Of a stretch of DNA of 64,000 nucleotides, positions 20,383 to 31,700 are shown piece after piece. The notes beneath the pieces were generated by a model. It searched no databases, was not told the origin of the DNA, and was given only the letters and a program-made list of their open reading frames with translations. The stretch's first letter is position 1. The number at the start of each line of letters is the position of its first letter. Position numbers and translations under genes: made by a program. Source of the DNA: an uncultured Chitinophagaceae bacterium (GTDB taxonomy: Bacteria > Bacteroidota > Bacteroidia > Chitinophagales > LD1); the NCBI GenBank assembly GCA_964571705.1, contig CAZNDJ010000002.1:37585-101584 (forward strand), written 5' to 3'.

Positions 20383-20474
20383 ATGTATAATGCTACCAAC
20401 TAGGTGCCAATAAATCTCAGCTGGCTGGCTGCGGATAATTTCTGCAAATTTGCCACTGAAAATCTGATACATTT

Positions 20475-21056
20475 ATGCTCGGCCTCAAACTGCCTACTGA
20501 TCCTCGATGGGTAAACCTCGCGGAAAAATCTATAGAAGAGATCCTGACTGACCACGCCTACTGTGAGCAGAAGGCGACCTCTACCAATATATCACTGATA
20601 CAGAACTATCCGGAGTATGAAGCAATGGTGGAGGCCGTGACGCCTGTGGTATCTGAAGAGTGGGGCCACTTCAAAATGGTACTGGAACAGCTGAAAAAGC
20701 GGGGGATGAAGCTCGGCCCGCAGCGCAAGGACATCTATGTAAATGAGCTAATGAAATTTGTGCGCAAAGGCGGCAGAAGAAACGAGTCCCTCACAGACAG
20801 GCTGCTGCTGAGTGCCATGATAGAAGCGCGCAGCTGCGAGCGGTTTAAGCTGCTCAGCAAGGAGGTAAATGATGCTGACTTGCGAGAGTTTTACAAGCGG
20901 CTGATGGTGAGCGAGGCTGGTCACTACAAGCTTTTCCTGGATCTGGCTACGTCAGTGATGGGAGAGGACTTCGTCAATAAGCGCTGGCAGGAGTGGCTGG
21001 ACTATGAGGCTGAGGTGATGCAGCGGATGGACCTGCGCGGAGACAGGATGCACTAG
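20475..21056 (+). CDS. miaE: tRNA-(ms2io6A)-hydroxylase (non-haem diiron)
   Basis: 193 aa. Diiron ligand motifs HAYCEQKA, EEWGHF, ARSCERF and SEAGHY. Confidence 0.85.
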   Translation: MLGLKLPTDPRWVNLAEKSIEEILTDHAYCEQKATSTNISLIQNYPEYEAMVEAVTPVVSEEWGHFKMVLEQLKKRGMKLGPQRKDIYVNELMKFVRKGGRRNESLTDRLLLSAMIEARSCERFKLLSKEVNDADLREFYKRLMVSEAGHYKLFLDLATSVMGEDFVNKRWQEWLDYEAEVMQRMDLRGDRMH

Positions 21057-21105
21057 CATTTATGATCTGTGATTGTTGATTTATGATTGGAATGAAAGGT
21101 GCGGA

Positions 21106-22818
21106 CTATTCGCTTGGTTTTACATCTTTCACCACCAGCTGTAGTGATACTTTCTCATTCCATTCATTCTCCTCTATCTGATAGCAAAGGTCAAAATCTT
21201 GATTTTGTACCATCGGGAATTTATAACCCAGCCCGAAGCCTATGCCATCTATGGTATCTCCCCGACGGGACCGGCGGATAGAAAATTTGATATGCTCTTC
21301 TTTGACCAGCTTGCTCCACTTGCTGTCGCGCAGATGGCGGGAGAGGAAGACAGGCTTCATATTGCCGGGACCAAATGGCGACATCTGGCGCAGTATATTG
21401 TAAAATTTAGGGTCTATATCATCTGGTGATATCTCTGCATCTATGTCTATCTCCGGCACCTGCTGCTCGGGCGTGATACGTGAGGCTACTACTCTCTCAA
21501 ATGCGTCTGAAAAATCCTGTACCTGATCGGGATGCATGGTCAGACCTGCTGCATACCTGTGCCCACCAAACTGGATGAGGTGATCCCGGCACTCATAGAT
21601 AGCCTCGTACAGGTCAAAGCCCCGCACTGAGCGACCGGAGCCTGTCACTTTGCCATCGGACAACGTGAGGACGATGGTAGGACGGAAGTACTGCTCTATG
21701 AGACGAGACGCTACGATGCCTATCACGCCTTTGTGCCAGCCGTCGTGGTAGAGTACGGTAGACTTTCGGACCAGCATCTTTTCATCTGTGGCTATCATGT
21801 CCAGCGCATGCTCAGTGATAGATTTGTCCAGTTCTTTGCGCTCATGATTGAGGCGGTCCAGTACGTCGGCGTGCTTGTCAGAGGCGAGGTCTTCTTCGGT
21901 ACAGATCAGGAGCTTCACCGCTGCCCTGGCATCTGCTATACGGCCTGCAGCATTGATACGCGGGCCGATGATGAAAACAATATCAGAGATGTCCAGCCTT
22001 TTGGCAAGCGTGGCTACGCCGATGAGTGCGCGTATACCGGCGCATGGTGCAGTATTGATACGCTGTATGCCATGCCATGCCAGGATGCGGTTCTCGCCGG
22101 TGATAGGTACAATGTCTGAGGCGATGCTGACGCAGACGAGATCGAGGTATTTGTTTACCTCTTCCGCCGGTATGCCCTGCTGGAGTGCAAAAGCCTGCAT
22201 GAGCTTAAATCCAATGCCGCAGCCGCTGAGCTCTTTGTAGGGATAGGGACAGTCGTGCTGCTTGGGGTCTAGTACGGCTACGGCTGCGGGAGGCTGATCG
22301 CCCGGTGTGTGGTGGTCGCAGATGATAAAGTCAACGCCTTTACCTTTCGCGTAGTCTACTTTATCGTTTGACTTGATGCCGCAGTCCAGCGCTATGATGA
22401 GCGAGAAACCATTGTCTGAAGCATAGTCTATACCCTGGGTAGATATACCGTAGCCCTCGGTATAGCGGTCAGGAATGTAGTACTCTATATTAATGTAGAT
22501 CTTTTGCAGGAAGCTATAAACCAGAGCCACGGAGGTGGTGCCATCTACATCATAGTCTCCGTAGATCAGGATGCGCTCTCCGGCAGATATAGCCTCGGTC
22601 AGCCTGTTGACCGCGCGGTCCATGCCTTTCATCAGAAATGGATCGTGAAGGCTATCAAGAGACGGGCGGAAAAATGCTTTAGCCTGGTCATAAGTCTCGA
22701 TGCCGCGTAGTACGAGGATGCGGCATAGGGCGGGATGGATATTCAGGCTCTCGCGCAGGGCAGCTACTTTTTGCTCATCAGCATCGTGCAGCTTCCAGCC
22801 TTTCTCTAATCTTGGCAT
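21106..22818 (-). CDS. recJ: Single-stranded-DNA-specific exonuclease RecJ
   Basis: 570 aa. DHH family motifs IYGDYDVDGTTS, ALDCG and ICDHH, plus a DHHA1 GGH segment. Confidence 0.92.
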   Translation of the reverse strand: MPRLEKGWKLHDADEQKVAALRESLNIHPALCRILVLRGIETYDQAKAFFRPSLDSLHDPFLMKGMDRAVNRLTEAISAGERILIYGDYDVDGTTSVALVYSFLQKIYINIEYYIPDRYTEGYGISTQGIDYASDNGFSLIIALDCGIKSNDKVDYAKGKGVDFIICDHHTPGDQPPAAVAVLDPKQHDCPYPYKELSGCGIGFKLMQAFALQQGIPAEEVNKYLDLVCVSIASDIVPITGENRILAWHGIQRINTAPCAGIRALIGVATLAKRLDISDIVFIIGPRINAAGRIADARAAVKLLICTEEDLASDKHADVLDRLNHERKELDKSITEHALDMIATDEKMLVRKSTVLYHDGWHKGVIGIVASRLIEQYFRPTIVLTLSDGKVTGSGRSVRGFDLYEAIYECRDHLIQFGGHRYAAGLTMHPDQVQDFSDAFERVVASRITPEQQVPEIDIDAEISPDDIDPKFYNILRQMSPFGPGNMKPVFLSRHLRDSKWSKLVKEEHIKFSIRRSRRGDTIDGIGFGLGYKFPMVQNQDFDLCYQIEENEWNEKVSLQLVVKDVKPSE

Positions 22819-22859
22819 AGTGATATGCGAAGGTCGTGATTTTTTTGAGGAGATATGCT

Positions 22860-23057
22860 TTAATGCATAGCCTTGTGCGAGCCATCGCAGTAGGGCCAGT
22901 TTTTGCTCAGCCTACAGCGGCAAAACGACATCTGTGTTTTCTTCTCCAATACTTTACCATCCTCATCTGTCACCTCAAAGTCGCCGCGGATCACCAGCGG
23001 CCCATGTGGCCTCAGCGTGACCTCAGTTTTATCTTTCTCCCCCCAAAGTTCGTCCAT
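22860..23057 (-). CDS. CDGSH iron-sulfur domain-containing protein
   Basis: 65 aa. CRCRLSKNWPYCDGSH matches the C-x-C-x(8-10)-C-D-G-S-H signature. Confidence 0.85.
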   Translation of the reverse strand: MDELWGEKDKTEVTLRPHGPLVIRGDFEVTDEDGKVLEKKTQMSFCRCRLSKNWPYCDGSHKAMH

Positions 23058-23132
23058 GGTATACTATATACTTGTGCTGTAATAGTACGCAATCCGAAAC
23101 AAAACCTTGTTATGTTTGTTTTATAAAGAATT

Positions 23133-24053
23133 ATGGTAAAGACAATATTTCTCCTGCTGATCACGATCATCGTACTACCCCTGGTAGCTTTTAAACTAGA
23201 TCCGGTATCCCTCTCTGATATACAGAGGCATATGCTGCTCACCTCTGGTATGATAGCACTGGGTGCCGCTACCCTGTGCATCGTGCTGGCCGAGCTGACT
23301 AAAAACTATAGTCAGGTAGATAAAATATGGAGCGTGGTACCGGTGGTATATGCTATGTATTTCGCCTATGCATCTGACTGGGACGCGCGCGTGACGCTCA
23401 TGGCTTTTTGTGCGCTGGTGTGGGGTGCTCGCCTCACCTACAACTTTGGCAGGCGGGGTGGGTACCAGCTCAAATTCTGGGAGGGCGAGGAGGACTACCG
23501 CTGGGAGGTGCTGCGACAGAATCCCCTGTTCAAGGGTAAGCCGGTGAACTGGAAACTGTTTGCCATCTTCTTCATAGGCTTGTATCAAAATACGCTGCTC
23601 TGGCTCATCACGCTGCCGGCTATGATGGCCTATGCTGGTCATGATAAAGCGCTGCAATGGTCAGACTATCTGCTGGCAGCACTGCTGATACTACTGGTAG
23701 TGACGGAGGCCACGGCCGACCAGCAGCAGTGGAACTACCAAAACGAAAAATACCGTCTGAAAAAAGCTGGTAAACTAACAGGTGAATATGCCGATGGATT
23801 TGTAAAAACAGGTCTCTGGAAATACAGCCGCCATCCTAACTATGCCTGCGAGCAATCTATCTGGCTGGTTTTTTATCTCTTTAGTGTGTCGGCCACTGGT
23901 GCCTGGATCAACTGGACCATGGCGGGCTGTCTGCTGCTGATGGTGCTCTTTCAGGGTAGTGCAGATTTCAGCGAGGGGATATCACTGGGCAAGTATCCTG
24001 CCTACGCGAATTATATCAAGCGTGTAGGGCGTTTTATCCCGAAGGTCTGGTAA
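23133..24053 (+). CDS. DUF1295 family membrane protein (steroid 5-alpha-reductase / ICMT-like fold)
   Basis: 306 aa, multiple TM segments; GLWKYSRHPNYACEQSIW motif. Confidence 0.8.
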   Translation: MVKTIFLLLITIIVLPLVAFKLDPVSLSDIQRHMLLTSGMIALGAATLCIVLAELTKNYSQVDKIWSVVPVVYAMYFAYASDWDARVTLMAFCALVWGARLTYNFGRRGGYQLKFWEGEEDYRWEVLRQNPLFKGKPVNWKLFAIFFIGLYQNTLLWLITLPAMMAYAGHDKALQWSDYLLAALLILLVVTEATADQQQWNYQNEKYRLKKAGKLTGEYADGFVKTGLWKYSRHPNYACEQSIWLVFYLFSVSATGAWINWTMAGCLLLMVLFQGSADFSEGISLGKYPAYANYIKRVGRFIPKVW

Positions 24054-24170
24054 TGCACATATGTAATAAAGCAATTATTTGTTCGTTTCATACCGGTTTT
24101 AAGCGTTTTTGTAGATAATCTGATACCTAAACCCAAACAAAATCAGGTTATTTGCAGCTTCAATCCGGCC

Positions 24171-26516
24171 ATGAGATCCAACTACATATTTCTGACTATT
24201 ATTTTCTGCGCATTATCACTGGCTGGGATTGCTCAGACCAGGCATACTATCAGTGGCTCCATCAGGGACGCAAAGACCGGAGAGGAATTGATAGGCGCTG
24301 TAATATCTGTGAAAGAACTGGCCAACACGGGTGCGTCCAGTAATGCATATGGTTTTTACTCCCTTACGCTTCCGGATGGCCATTACACATTGACTGGCCA
24401 CTATGTAGGTTATCAGGATTTTGTGCGGGAGCTAGACCTGAGTGCCAATCAGTCTATTGATATCAATCTGGCACCTACAGCTGTAGAGATAAAGCAGGTA
24501 GAAGTATCTGCACGCCGCTCTGATGAAAATGTGAAGCAGGCTCAAATGAGCGCGACCAAGCTGGATATCAAGGAGCTGGAAAAAGTTCCTGTGATATTTG
24601 GTGAAAAGGATATACTAAAGACAATACAACTCCTGCCGGGCGTCAAGTCTGCGGGAGAGGGCAATAGTGGTTTTTATGTACGTGGCGGAGGAGCGGACCA
24701 GAACCTAATACTATTGGATGAGGCGCTGGTCTATAATGCCTCTCACCTGCTCGGCTTCTTCTCGACATTCAATAATGATGCACTAAAAGATGCTACTCTG
24801 TACAAGGGTAATATGCCGGCAGAATTTGGTGGCAAACTCTCATCTGTGCTGGATATCAAAATGAAGGATGGGAACGATAAGACCTACTCGGTAGGGGGGG
24901 GGCTGGGGGTCATCGCATCCCGGCTGTATGTAGAGGGCCCGATAGTAAAAGATAAGGGCTCTTTTATAATCACCGGAAGGCGCACCTATGCAGATATCTT
25001 TACCAAGCTTTCTAAAGATACCACCATTAACAAGAGTACTCTTTACTTCTATGATATCAATGCCAAAGCAAACTACCGCATCACCAAGAAAGACCGCCTG
25101 TTTATATCAGGTTACTTTGGCAGGGATAAATTTGGACTAGGTACCACCTTTGGGATAGACTATGGTAATGCAACTGGTACGCTGCGCTGGAACCATGTGG
25201 TCAATGATCGCATTTTCTCAAATCTGTCAGCTATTTACAACAACTTCTCGTGGAAGATATCTATCAATAGCAATGGCGTAGATATCCTCATCAACTCCAT
25301 TATACAGGATGCAGGCCTGAAAGAGGATATGGAGTATTATCTTGATACTAAAAACAAGATCAAGTTTGGCGGGCAGTCTACTTTTCGTATCGCAGTACCA
25401 GGAGAGGTGACGGTCAATACGCCTTTGTTCAAACCTGTGAACCTGAGCCGCTCCTACGGCTGGGAAAATGCCATCTACGCGCAGCACGAGATCACACTAT
25501 GGGATAAGGTAAGTCTTAATTATGGTCTCCGTGTTTCCTCTTTTACTGTGACGGGTCCAGGCAAGAATTATTTCTTTCATGACAATGGGCAGCCGACGGA
25601 TACTACTTTCCTGAAGCTGGGTCAATTTGGTAAGACCTATGTCAATCCTGAGCCGCGCGTGTCAGTGAGTTACAACTTCAGAAAGAGTATGTCTCTGAAG
25701 GCCGCCTACTCGCGCAATACGCAAAATATACACCTGCTGTCAAATACGACCACCAGCAGTCCTACAGACAGGTGGATCATGACCAGTAATAATGTACACC
25801 CAGAGATAGCAGACCAGGTATCTGCTGGCTACTTTTTCAACTTTCTGCATGATATGTTTGAGTTTAGTGTAGAGGGCTATTACAAGTGGATGCAAAATCA
25901 GATAGACTATATCCCTAATGCTCAGCTCACAGCCAATGAAACTGTGGAATCCCAGTTGGTCTACGGTAGTGGTCGCGCCTATGGTGGAGAGCTATTCCTG
26001 AAAAAACGTACAGGCAAACTAACAGGCTGGATCAGCTACACGCTGTCACGAACTGAGCGCCGCTTCAGCCAGGTCAATAATAATACATGGTTTCCGGCAC
26101 GCTATGACCGTACGCATGACATAGCGGTAGTGCTGATGTGGGACATCACCCCACGTATCAATGTATCTGCCAGCTGGGTGTACCAAACTGGAAATGCTGT
26201 GACCTACGCTGCGGGCAAGTATCAGGTAAATGGCCAGTGGGTACCATACTATCCGCTGCGCAATCATGATCGGTTCCCTCCATATCATCGCCTGGATATA
26301 GGTGCTACCTTTGTATTGAAAAAGCGGAAGATGTGGGAGCATGACCTGAATATTTCCTTCTACAACGTGTATGCGCGGCAGAATCCATACCAGATCAATT
26401 TTATCTCTGACTATGACAACACCGGTACCGCCAAGACCCAACAGATAGCCCTATTCCGTATAGTGCCATCGGTGACCTACAATTTTAAATTTACCTACGT
26501 CAAAAAGCAGAAATAA
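24171..26516 (+). CDS. TonB-dependent receptor with N-terminal carboxypeptidase-regulatory-like domain
   Basis: Signal peptide, ISGSIRDAKTGEELIGAVISV (CarbopepD_reg-like), a plug region (ILKTIQLLPGV...GFYVRGG) and a long beta-barrel ending in an aromatic-rich strand. Confidence 0.88.
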   Translation: MRSNYIFLTIIFCALSLAGIAQTRHTISGSIRDAKTGEELIGAVISVKELANTGASSNAYGFYSLTLPDGHYTLTGHYVGYQDFVRELDLSANQSIDINLAPTAVEIKQVEVSARRSDENVKQAQMSATKLDIKELEKVPVIFGEKDILKTIQLLPGVKSAGEGNSGFYVRGGGADQNLILLDEALVYNASHLLGFFSTFNNDALKDATLYKGNMPAEFGGKLSSVLDIKMKDGNDKTYSVGGGLGVIASRLYVEGPIVKDKGSFIITGRRTYADIFTKLSKDTTINKSTLYFYDINAKANYRITKKDRLFISGYFGRDKFGLGTTFGIDYGNATGTLRWNHVVNDRIFSNLSAIYNNFSWKISINSNGVDILINSIIQDAGLKEDMEYYLDTKNKIKFGGQSTFRIAVPGEVTVNTPLFKPVNLSRSYGWENAIYAQHEITLWDKVSLNYGLRVSSFTVTGPGKNYFFHDNGQPTDTTFLKLGQFGKTYVNPEPRVSVSYNFRKSMSLKAAYSRNTQNIHLLSNTTTSSPTDRWIMTSNNVHPEIADQVSAGYFFNFLHDMFEFSVEGYYKWMQNQIDYIPNAQLTANETVESQLVYGSGRAYGGELFLKKRTGKLTGWISYTLSRTERRFSQVNNNTWFPARYDRTHDIAVVLMWDITPRINVSASWVYQTGNAVTYAAGKYQVNGQWVPYYPLRNHDRFPPYHRLDIGATFVLKKRKMWEHDLNISFYNVYARQNPYQINFISDYDNTGTAKTQQIALFRIVPSVTYNFKFTYVKKQK

Positions 26517-27352
26517 TGAAGCGTCTCACTATACTAGCCATGATAGCGGCGCTCATCACCAGTGCCTGCCGCAAGGATATCCACCTCAACCTGCAGAATG
26601 CCTCCGGGCTGCTGGTGGTGGAGGGCAATATCAATGACCAGCCGGGTCCATATCTTATCCAGCTATCGCGGACAGTGACCTTTTACGATCAGGATACGAT
26701 AGTGCCGGTATCCGGAGCTGCCATTTCTGTCACGGACAATGCCGGAAACTATGACTCTCTGATAGAGGTGACACCCGGCTACTACTATACTACGAGCCTG
26801 ACCGGCACGGTGGGCCGCACCTATCATATGCATGCACGGGTAGATGGTAAGGATTATGATGCTACTGGTACTATGCAGCCGGCAGTACCTATAGATTCTA
26901 TTGGTATTAACGGTTCTATATTCTCTGGCAACCCTCGCGGTTTTATCCAGTTTGATGATCCCGCAGGTGTAGTGAACTACTACCGGACCATACTGTATCT
27001 ATATCAGTATGTGGATGCGGGCGCTACTGCTACTCAGCATGTGAAGCAACACAAAGTCACTGTGCTGAATGACCGCCTCAATGACGGACTGACCGTACAG
27101 TCTAACGTAAGGGCTGACTATGGCATAGATCAGGGAGATACACTACAAGTAGAGCTGGACGTCATAGAGAAGTCCGTTTACGACTACTGGTACACTGTCA
27201 ATAACTCTACTACCAGTAGTAATACGGCTGCACCAGCTAATCCACCATCCAATATTTCAAATGGTGCGCTGGGCTACTTTAGCGCACACAGTTCTACTTA
27301 TAGCAAGCACATCGTGTACGATGGCAACCTGCAGTTCCACCGGATAGATTAA
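26516..27352 (+). CDS. DUF4249 family lipoprotein (usual partner of this TonB-receptor subfamily)
   Basis: Lipobox LITSAC. LVVEGNINDQPGPYLIQLSRT is typical of DUF4249. The start overlaps the TBDR stop by 1 nt. Confidence 0.75.
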   Translation: MKRLTILAMIAALITSACRKDIHLNLQNASGLLVVEGNINDQPGPYLIQLSRTVTFYDQDTIVPVSGAAISVTDNAGNYDSLIEVTPGYYYTTSLTGTVGRTYHMHARVDGKDYDATGTMQPAVPIDSIGINGSIFSGNPRGFIQFDDPAGVVNYYRTILYLYQYVDAGATATQHVKQHKVTVLNDRLNDGLTVQSNVRADYGIDQGDTLQVELDVIEKSVYDYWYTVNNSTTSSNTAAPANPPSNISNGALGYFSAHSSTYSKHIVYDGNLQFHRID

Positions 27353-27357
27353 GTGGA

Positions 27358-28635
27358 TCATTTCTCCAGTATCATGGTGACGCTCTGGCCGCCTGCGGCA
27401 CAGACAGAGATGACACCTTTGCCGGAGCCTTTCTCATTCAATAGCTTGGCCAGTGTGGCAAGGACACGGCCGCCGGTAGCGGCAAACGGGTGGCCAGCAC
27501 CCAGACTACTACCGTTCACATTAAGCTTACTCCGGTCTATAGCACCGAGGGCTTTGACACCATACTTACTACTGAGCTCGTCGCTCTCCCATATTTTGAG
27601 CTGGGCCAGTACCTGTGCGGCAAATGCCTCATGTACTTCGTAGAAATCGAAGTCCTGAAACTTCATGCCCGCTTTATCCAGCATGTGCGTCATGGCATAT
27701 GTAGGCGAGAGCAGGAGGTTCTGCTTTTCCTTGACAAACTCTATGGCTGCTACCTCAGCATGCGTGATGTAGGCCAGGACCGGTAGGTTATGCGCGCGAG
27801 CCCAGTCCTCACTGGCGAGCAGCACACAGGATGCGCCATCTGTGAGGGGAGAGGAGTTGCCGGCGGTGAGTGTGCCGTTTGTTTTATCAAAGGCTGGTTT
27901 CAGTTTCGCTAGCTTCTCCAGACTGCTGTCGGGGCGGAGGTTATTGTCACGGTCCAGGCCGGCATATGAGGTCATGAGATCTTTGAAAAAACCACGGTCG
28001 TAGGCAGCAGCCATTTTCTGATGGCTGGCCAGTGCAAAGGCATCCTGGTCCTCACGCGAGATATTGAAATACTTTGCAGTGACCTCTGTGTGGTCTCCCA
28101 TGGACATGCCGGTGCGTGGCTCTACATTGAGAGGTGGTACCGGCGCCCAATCCTTCAGCCTGATGCTGAGAAATAGTTTGATGCGCTCACCTGTGGTCTT
28201 GGCACGGCGAGCGGCCAGCAGCGTTTTGCGTAGCTTCTCGCCAAAGACAAGCGGCACATCACTCGAAGAATCCACACCACCTGCTATACCGCACTCTATC
28301 TGCCCGAGGGCTATCTTATTGGCTATATAGATAGCAGACTCTACACCTGTATCGCATGCCTGCTGCAGATCACAGGCCGGCGTGCGCGGATCCAGCGCTG
28401 TGCTCAGCACACTCTCGCGCATGAGATTAAACTCGCGGGTGTGTTTGAGGACGGCGCCTCCTGCCACCTCGCCCAGGAGCTGCCCCTGCAGCCCATAGCG
28501 CTCTATGAGGCCATTCAGCGCGGCCACCATCATATCCTGATTGCTGGCATTGATATAGTTTGAATTGTGGCGTGCAAAGGGGATCCTATTGGCTCCGATG
28601 ATCGCTACACGGCGATAGGCATTGGTATATGACAT
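27358..28635 (-). CDS. Acetyl-CoA C-acyltransferase (thiolase family, FadI-like)
   Basis: 425 aa. VAIIGANRIPFAR, active-site region QACDTG, C-terminal NVNGSSLGAGHPFAATG and CAAGG. Confidence 0.88.
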   Translation of the reverse strand: MSYTNAYRRVAIIGANRIPFARHNSNYINASNQDMMVAALNGLIERYGLQGQLLGEVAGGAVLKHTREFNLMRESVLSTALDPRTPACDLQQACDTGVESAIYIANKIALGQIECGIAGGVDSSSDVPLVFGEKLRKTLLAARRAKTTGERIKLFLSIRLKDWAPVPPLNVEPRTGMSMGDHTEVTAKYFNISREDQDAFALASHQKMAAAYDRGFFKDLMTSYAGLDRDNNLRPDSSLEKLAKLKPAFDKTNGTLTAGNSSPLTDGASCVLLASEDWARAHNLPVLAYITHAEVAAIEFVKEKQNLLLSPTYAMTHMLDKAGMKFQDFDFYEVHEAFAAQVLAQLKIWESDELSSKYGVKALGAIDRSKLNVNGSSLGAGHPFAATGGRVLATLAKLLNEKGSGKGVISVCAAGGQSVTMILEK

Positions 28636-28740
28636 GGCGGGAGTATTTATGACCTAAAGTTGCTCATTTTATTTGTGTCACACATCATTTATCAGTCAAC
28701 TGCGATATCTCCTGAGCGGAAAGACGTGTGTATCGGAAAT

Positions 28741-28765
28741 AAAAAAAGGCCACCCGCAGGTGGCC
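28741..28765 (-). terminator. Intrinsic terminator downstream of the 2,055-aa T9SS protein gene
   Basis: Stem GGCCACC (28748-28754) / GGTGGCC (28759-28765), loop CGCA. On the minus strand it is followed by a T7 run (28741-28747). Confidence 0.75.
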
Positions 28766-28788
28766 TTTACTAAGAGCTTGACTGTTTA

Positions 28789-31700
28789 TTATTTAATGAT
28801 CAGCATGCGGCGTGTCTTGACAAAGTCTCCGGCCTTCATCTGGTAGAAGTAAACACCAGATTGAAGGTCTTCCTGTGCGAAGGATACTTTATGATTACCA
28901 GCGGCCTGCGTGCCGTTGACCAGATTGGCTACCAAACGGCCAGCCTCATCGTAGAGCATAATGCTGACCTGCTGTGCTGTAGGGATGTTGTATTGTATCT
29001 CTGTGGATCTGCTGAATGGATTTGGTACATTCTGGAGCAGGCTATATCCTTCTGCGAAGTTGGTAGCATTGATGCCAGTAGTGGTTTGTACATTGATCAC
29101 ATACGGTGTCTCTGCACGAGCTACAGCGCTATCAGGTATGACATGGATGGTATCATAGAGGGCTTCGTACTCTACATCGTTGTCTGTATCATAGACTTTG
29201 TAAGTGATCGCCTGCGTAGCATTTGCGGTATCGCCATGTATGGTAATGAACGCCCTGTACGCATTCAGGCTATGAAGGTAGATTGGTTGTCCTACACCTA
29301 CGCATGTGCCATTTACAAAAGCTCCGATCAGATAGTGGCTCTGAGTAGTAGACACTCCATTGAACTGCAGATCTGCTGTGACACTCATATTCTGCTGATA
29401 GCGGTTGTCATCGGCAGACCATGATGGCAGGCTACGGGCAGGTGGTATCACAAAGTTAAAGGCGTTGGCAGTTTTCAGCTTATAGCCCTGTCCCGGATAC
29501 ATATTATTGAGTGTGCCAGCCCAGTTGCCAGCATTGTACTGTGTGAATGTACTTTGCGTCTTGAGCAGGTCGCCATCGGCTACGGTGACATTGGCCAGAT
29601 AAGATGTCGCGCTGGAGATGTCCTGACGAGGGTAACCTACCCAGTTCCAGCCAGAGGCGATCTGTATACTGGTCGTATCTGTAACGGGCTTGCCCAGGAA
29701 GTGCAGCGTATCAGCGCGGCTTAGCTGTATCATATAGCTCTTCTTAGTATTGAATGTAGCCAGAGCCCCCTGCCATGTACCTGCGCCAGACGACGGCTGA
29801 TAGTATTGTGCAAAGGCATTGTCTGTCTTTACAATATTCGCGTTCGCCGGATGCAGATGCGCCAGCACACTGTTAGTGCTCATATCTGCTGCACTTACAT
29901 TCAGTGAGAACCAATTCCAGCCCGGAGTGAGCATGATAGTCTGGAAAATGCCTTGCGGGTGCAGGATGTATGGAGCCAATGGCTGGCCTATCGTACCATT
30001 GTCTACAAACGGGAGGCGTTCCTTGGCCTGGTACTCCACGCCTGGGACAGCGTCCCACATGCGGAAGTTCAAAGTATCTCCTACCACATTATTGCTATAT
30101 GCTGTGATGAAGGCTACATACTTATTGGTATAAGGATCATAGGAAATACCAGCAAAACCGCGGCATTCATCACCCTTGAATACGGCTATGGTATCACGCG
30201 TATCTGTAGAGAGTGGTGTATTAAGATCCGTCGTACTGAAATTGGCTGTCACGTTCATGCTATACTGATACGCGGCAGGATTTACACTCCAGTTTGGATG
30301 CGGTTTCACTACATCCAGATTAACAAAGAGGAATAGGTCGCGGCCGCTCGCCCGTGCTATCACAGTATCAGTATAGTGGCCCGGATTCAGTGAGTTCATC
30401 ACTGTGAAACTAACCGTCCTGGTAGATGGGTTGGTCGGTGTGCCGGCAGTCATGGTATAGACGGCCTGCTGCGGCGTGCTGAGCCATGATGGCATGTGTG
30501 TGATAGTAAATGAATCCAGTGGTCCGACATTCACCATAGTGCCTGTGGCAGTAGCTGCAGTGCCGGTCACAGCGCTGATATTCATATTAGCCGGGCTCCA
30601 GTACACTTTCGAGCGATTGACTACAAAGCTCCATTGCACTGGCTGCTGCAGTGTATTGCCATTGATGTCATACACATTGTTGATCGTACTGATCAGGGTC
30701 ACATTCTCCAGGCTGTCTATGAGTGATGGAGGATTGGTATAGATGATCAGTGACGAGCCACTGCATACTACAGAGTCAGGTATCACCTGGCCATTGTCCG
30801 CGCGCACGAGTGTAGAGTAGATATGGTCGTAGGCATTGGCCCTGCCACAGTCTATCGCCTCATTGAAAGAGACGGATATATTCTGGCCCACATTCAGTAC
30901 GCCATCAGCAGGAGATGGTGTACCAAAAAGCTGCAGATTAGTACGGTCTATCTTGCCACTGAGTGTCTGAGAGTAGGTCCTGCCTCCAGGCTGCGAGCCA
31001 CAGTTGGCATAGGCGCGTATCTCATAGTTGCCATCTGCGAGGGCAGATGTGTTGAGTATATAGGCATAGTATGGTGCTACAAGTCGTGCACGCGTGATAG
31101 GTGGATTGATAGCCGGCACCCATGAGCCACCTACTGAGCGGTACTCCAGGCCGATGCTGATCAGATTGCTATCCGTAGCATTGTAGCCAGAGAAGATGAT
31201 AGGGAGTGTGTCATGGCTGGCAGCATTCACGAGCCAGTTGTCTGAAGGTGTATAGAGGCCTATAGGGCTGCAGGTGCTCTGGAAGTGTGCCTCAAATGTG
31301 ATCGTATTGCCCTCGGCACCATCGCACGGAGAGGATGCAGCTATCTGCAGGCCATTGTAGTCAGATGCTATAGGACCGCGCTCCACAGTGAGCACCACCG
31401 GCAGGTCAGTGCCCGCCGCTACGGTGAATGCAGCCGGAGAGTTATTGATCTGCTGACCGCCTATCTTGATGATCGCGCCTTCGGTATTGCTCTCTGGCAC
31501 GGCCTGTATATTATAGGTACGAGTCCCCATACTCTCACTGAGGTTTACGATATGCGCGGTGAATGTAGCAGGCTGTGTAATAGGCACATTGGATACAGAA
31601 TAGTTATCCAGTGTGACCTGTACGGAGTCGCGGGCCTGAGTACCCGGCCAGTGAGGGCAGGCACTGGTACCAGCCACGAGACCAAAGGCCGGTGTGCCAT

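Noticed and set aside
24054-24170. Possible cobalamin or other riboswitch upstream of the TonB-dependent receptor (and at 50626-50695 upstream of the B12-binding protein)
   Set aside because: The spacers (117 and 70 nt) are too short for a cobalamin aptamer. I could not find a B12-box-like GCCACTG/AGYCMGG element. The second spacer is fully explained by a terminator hairpin.
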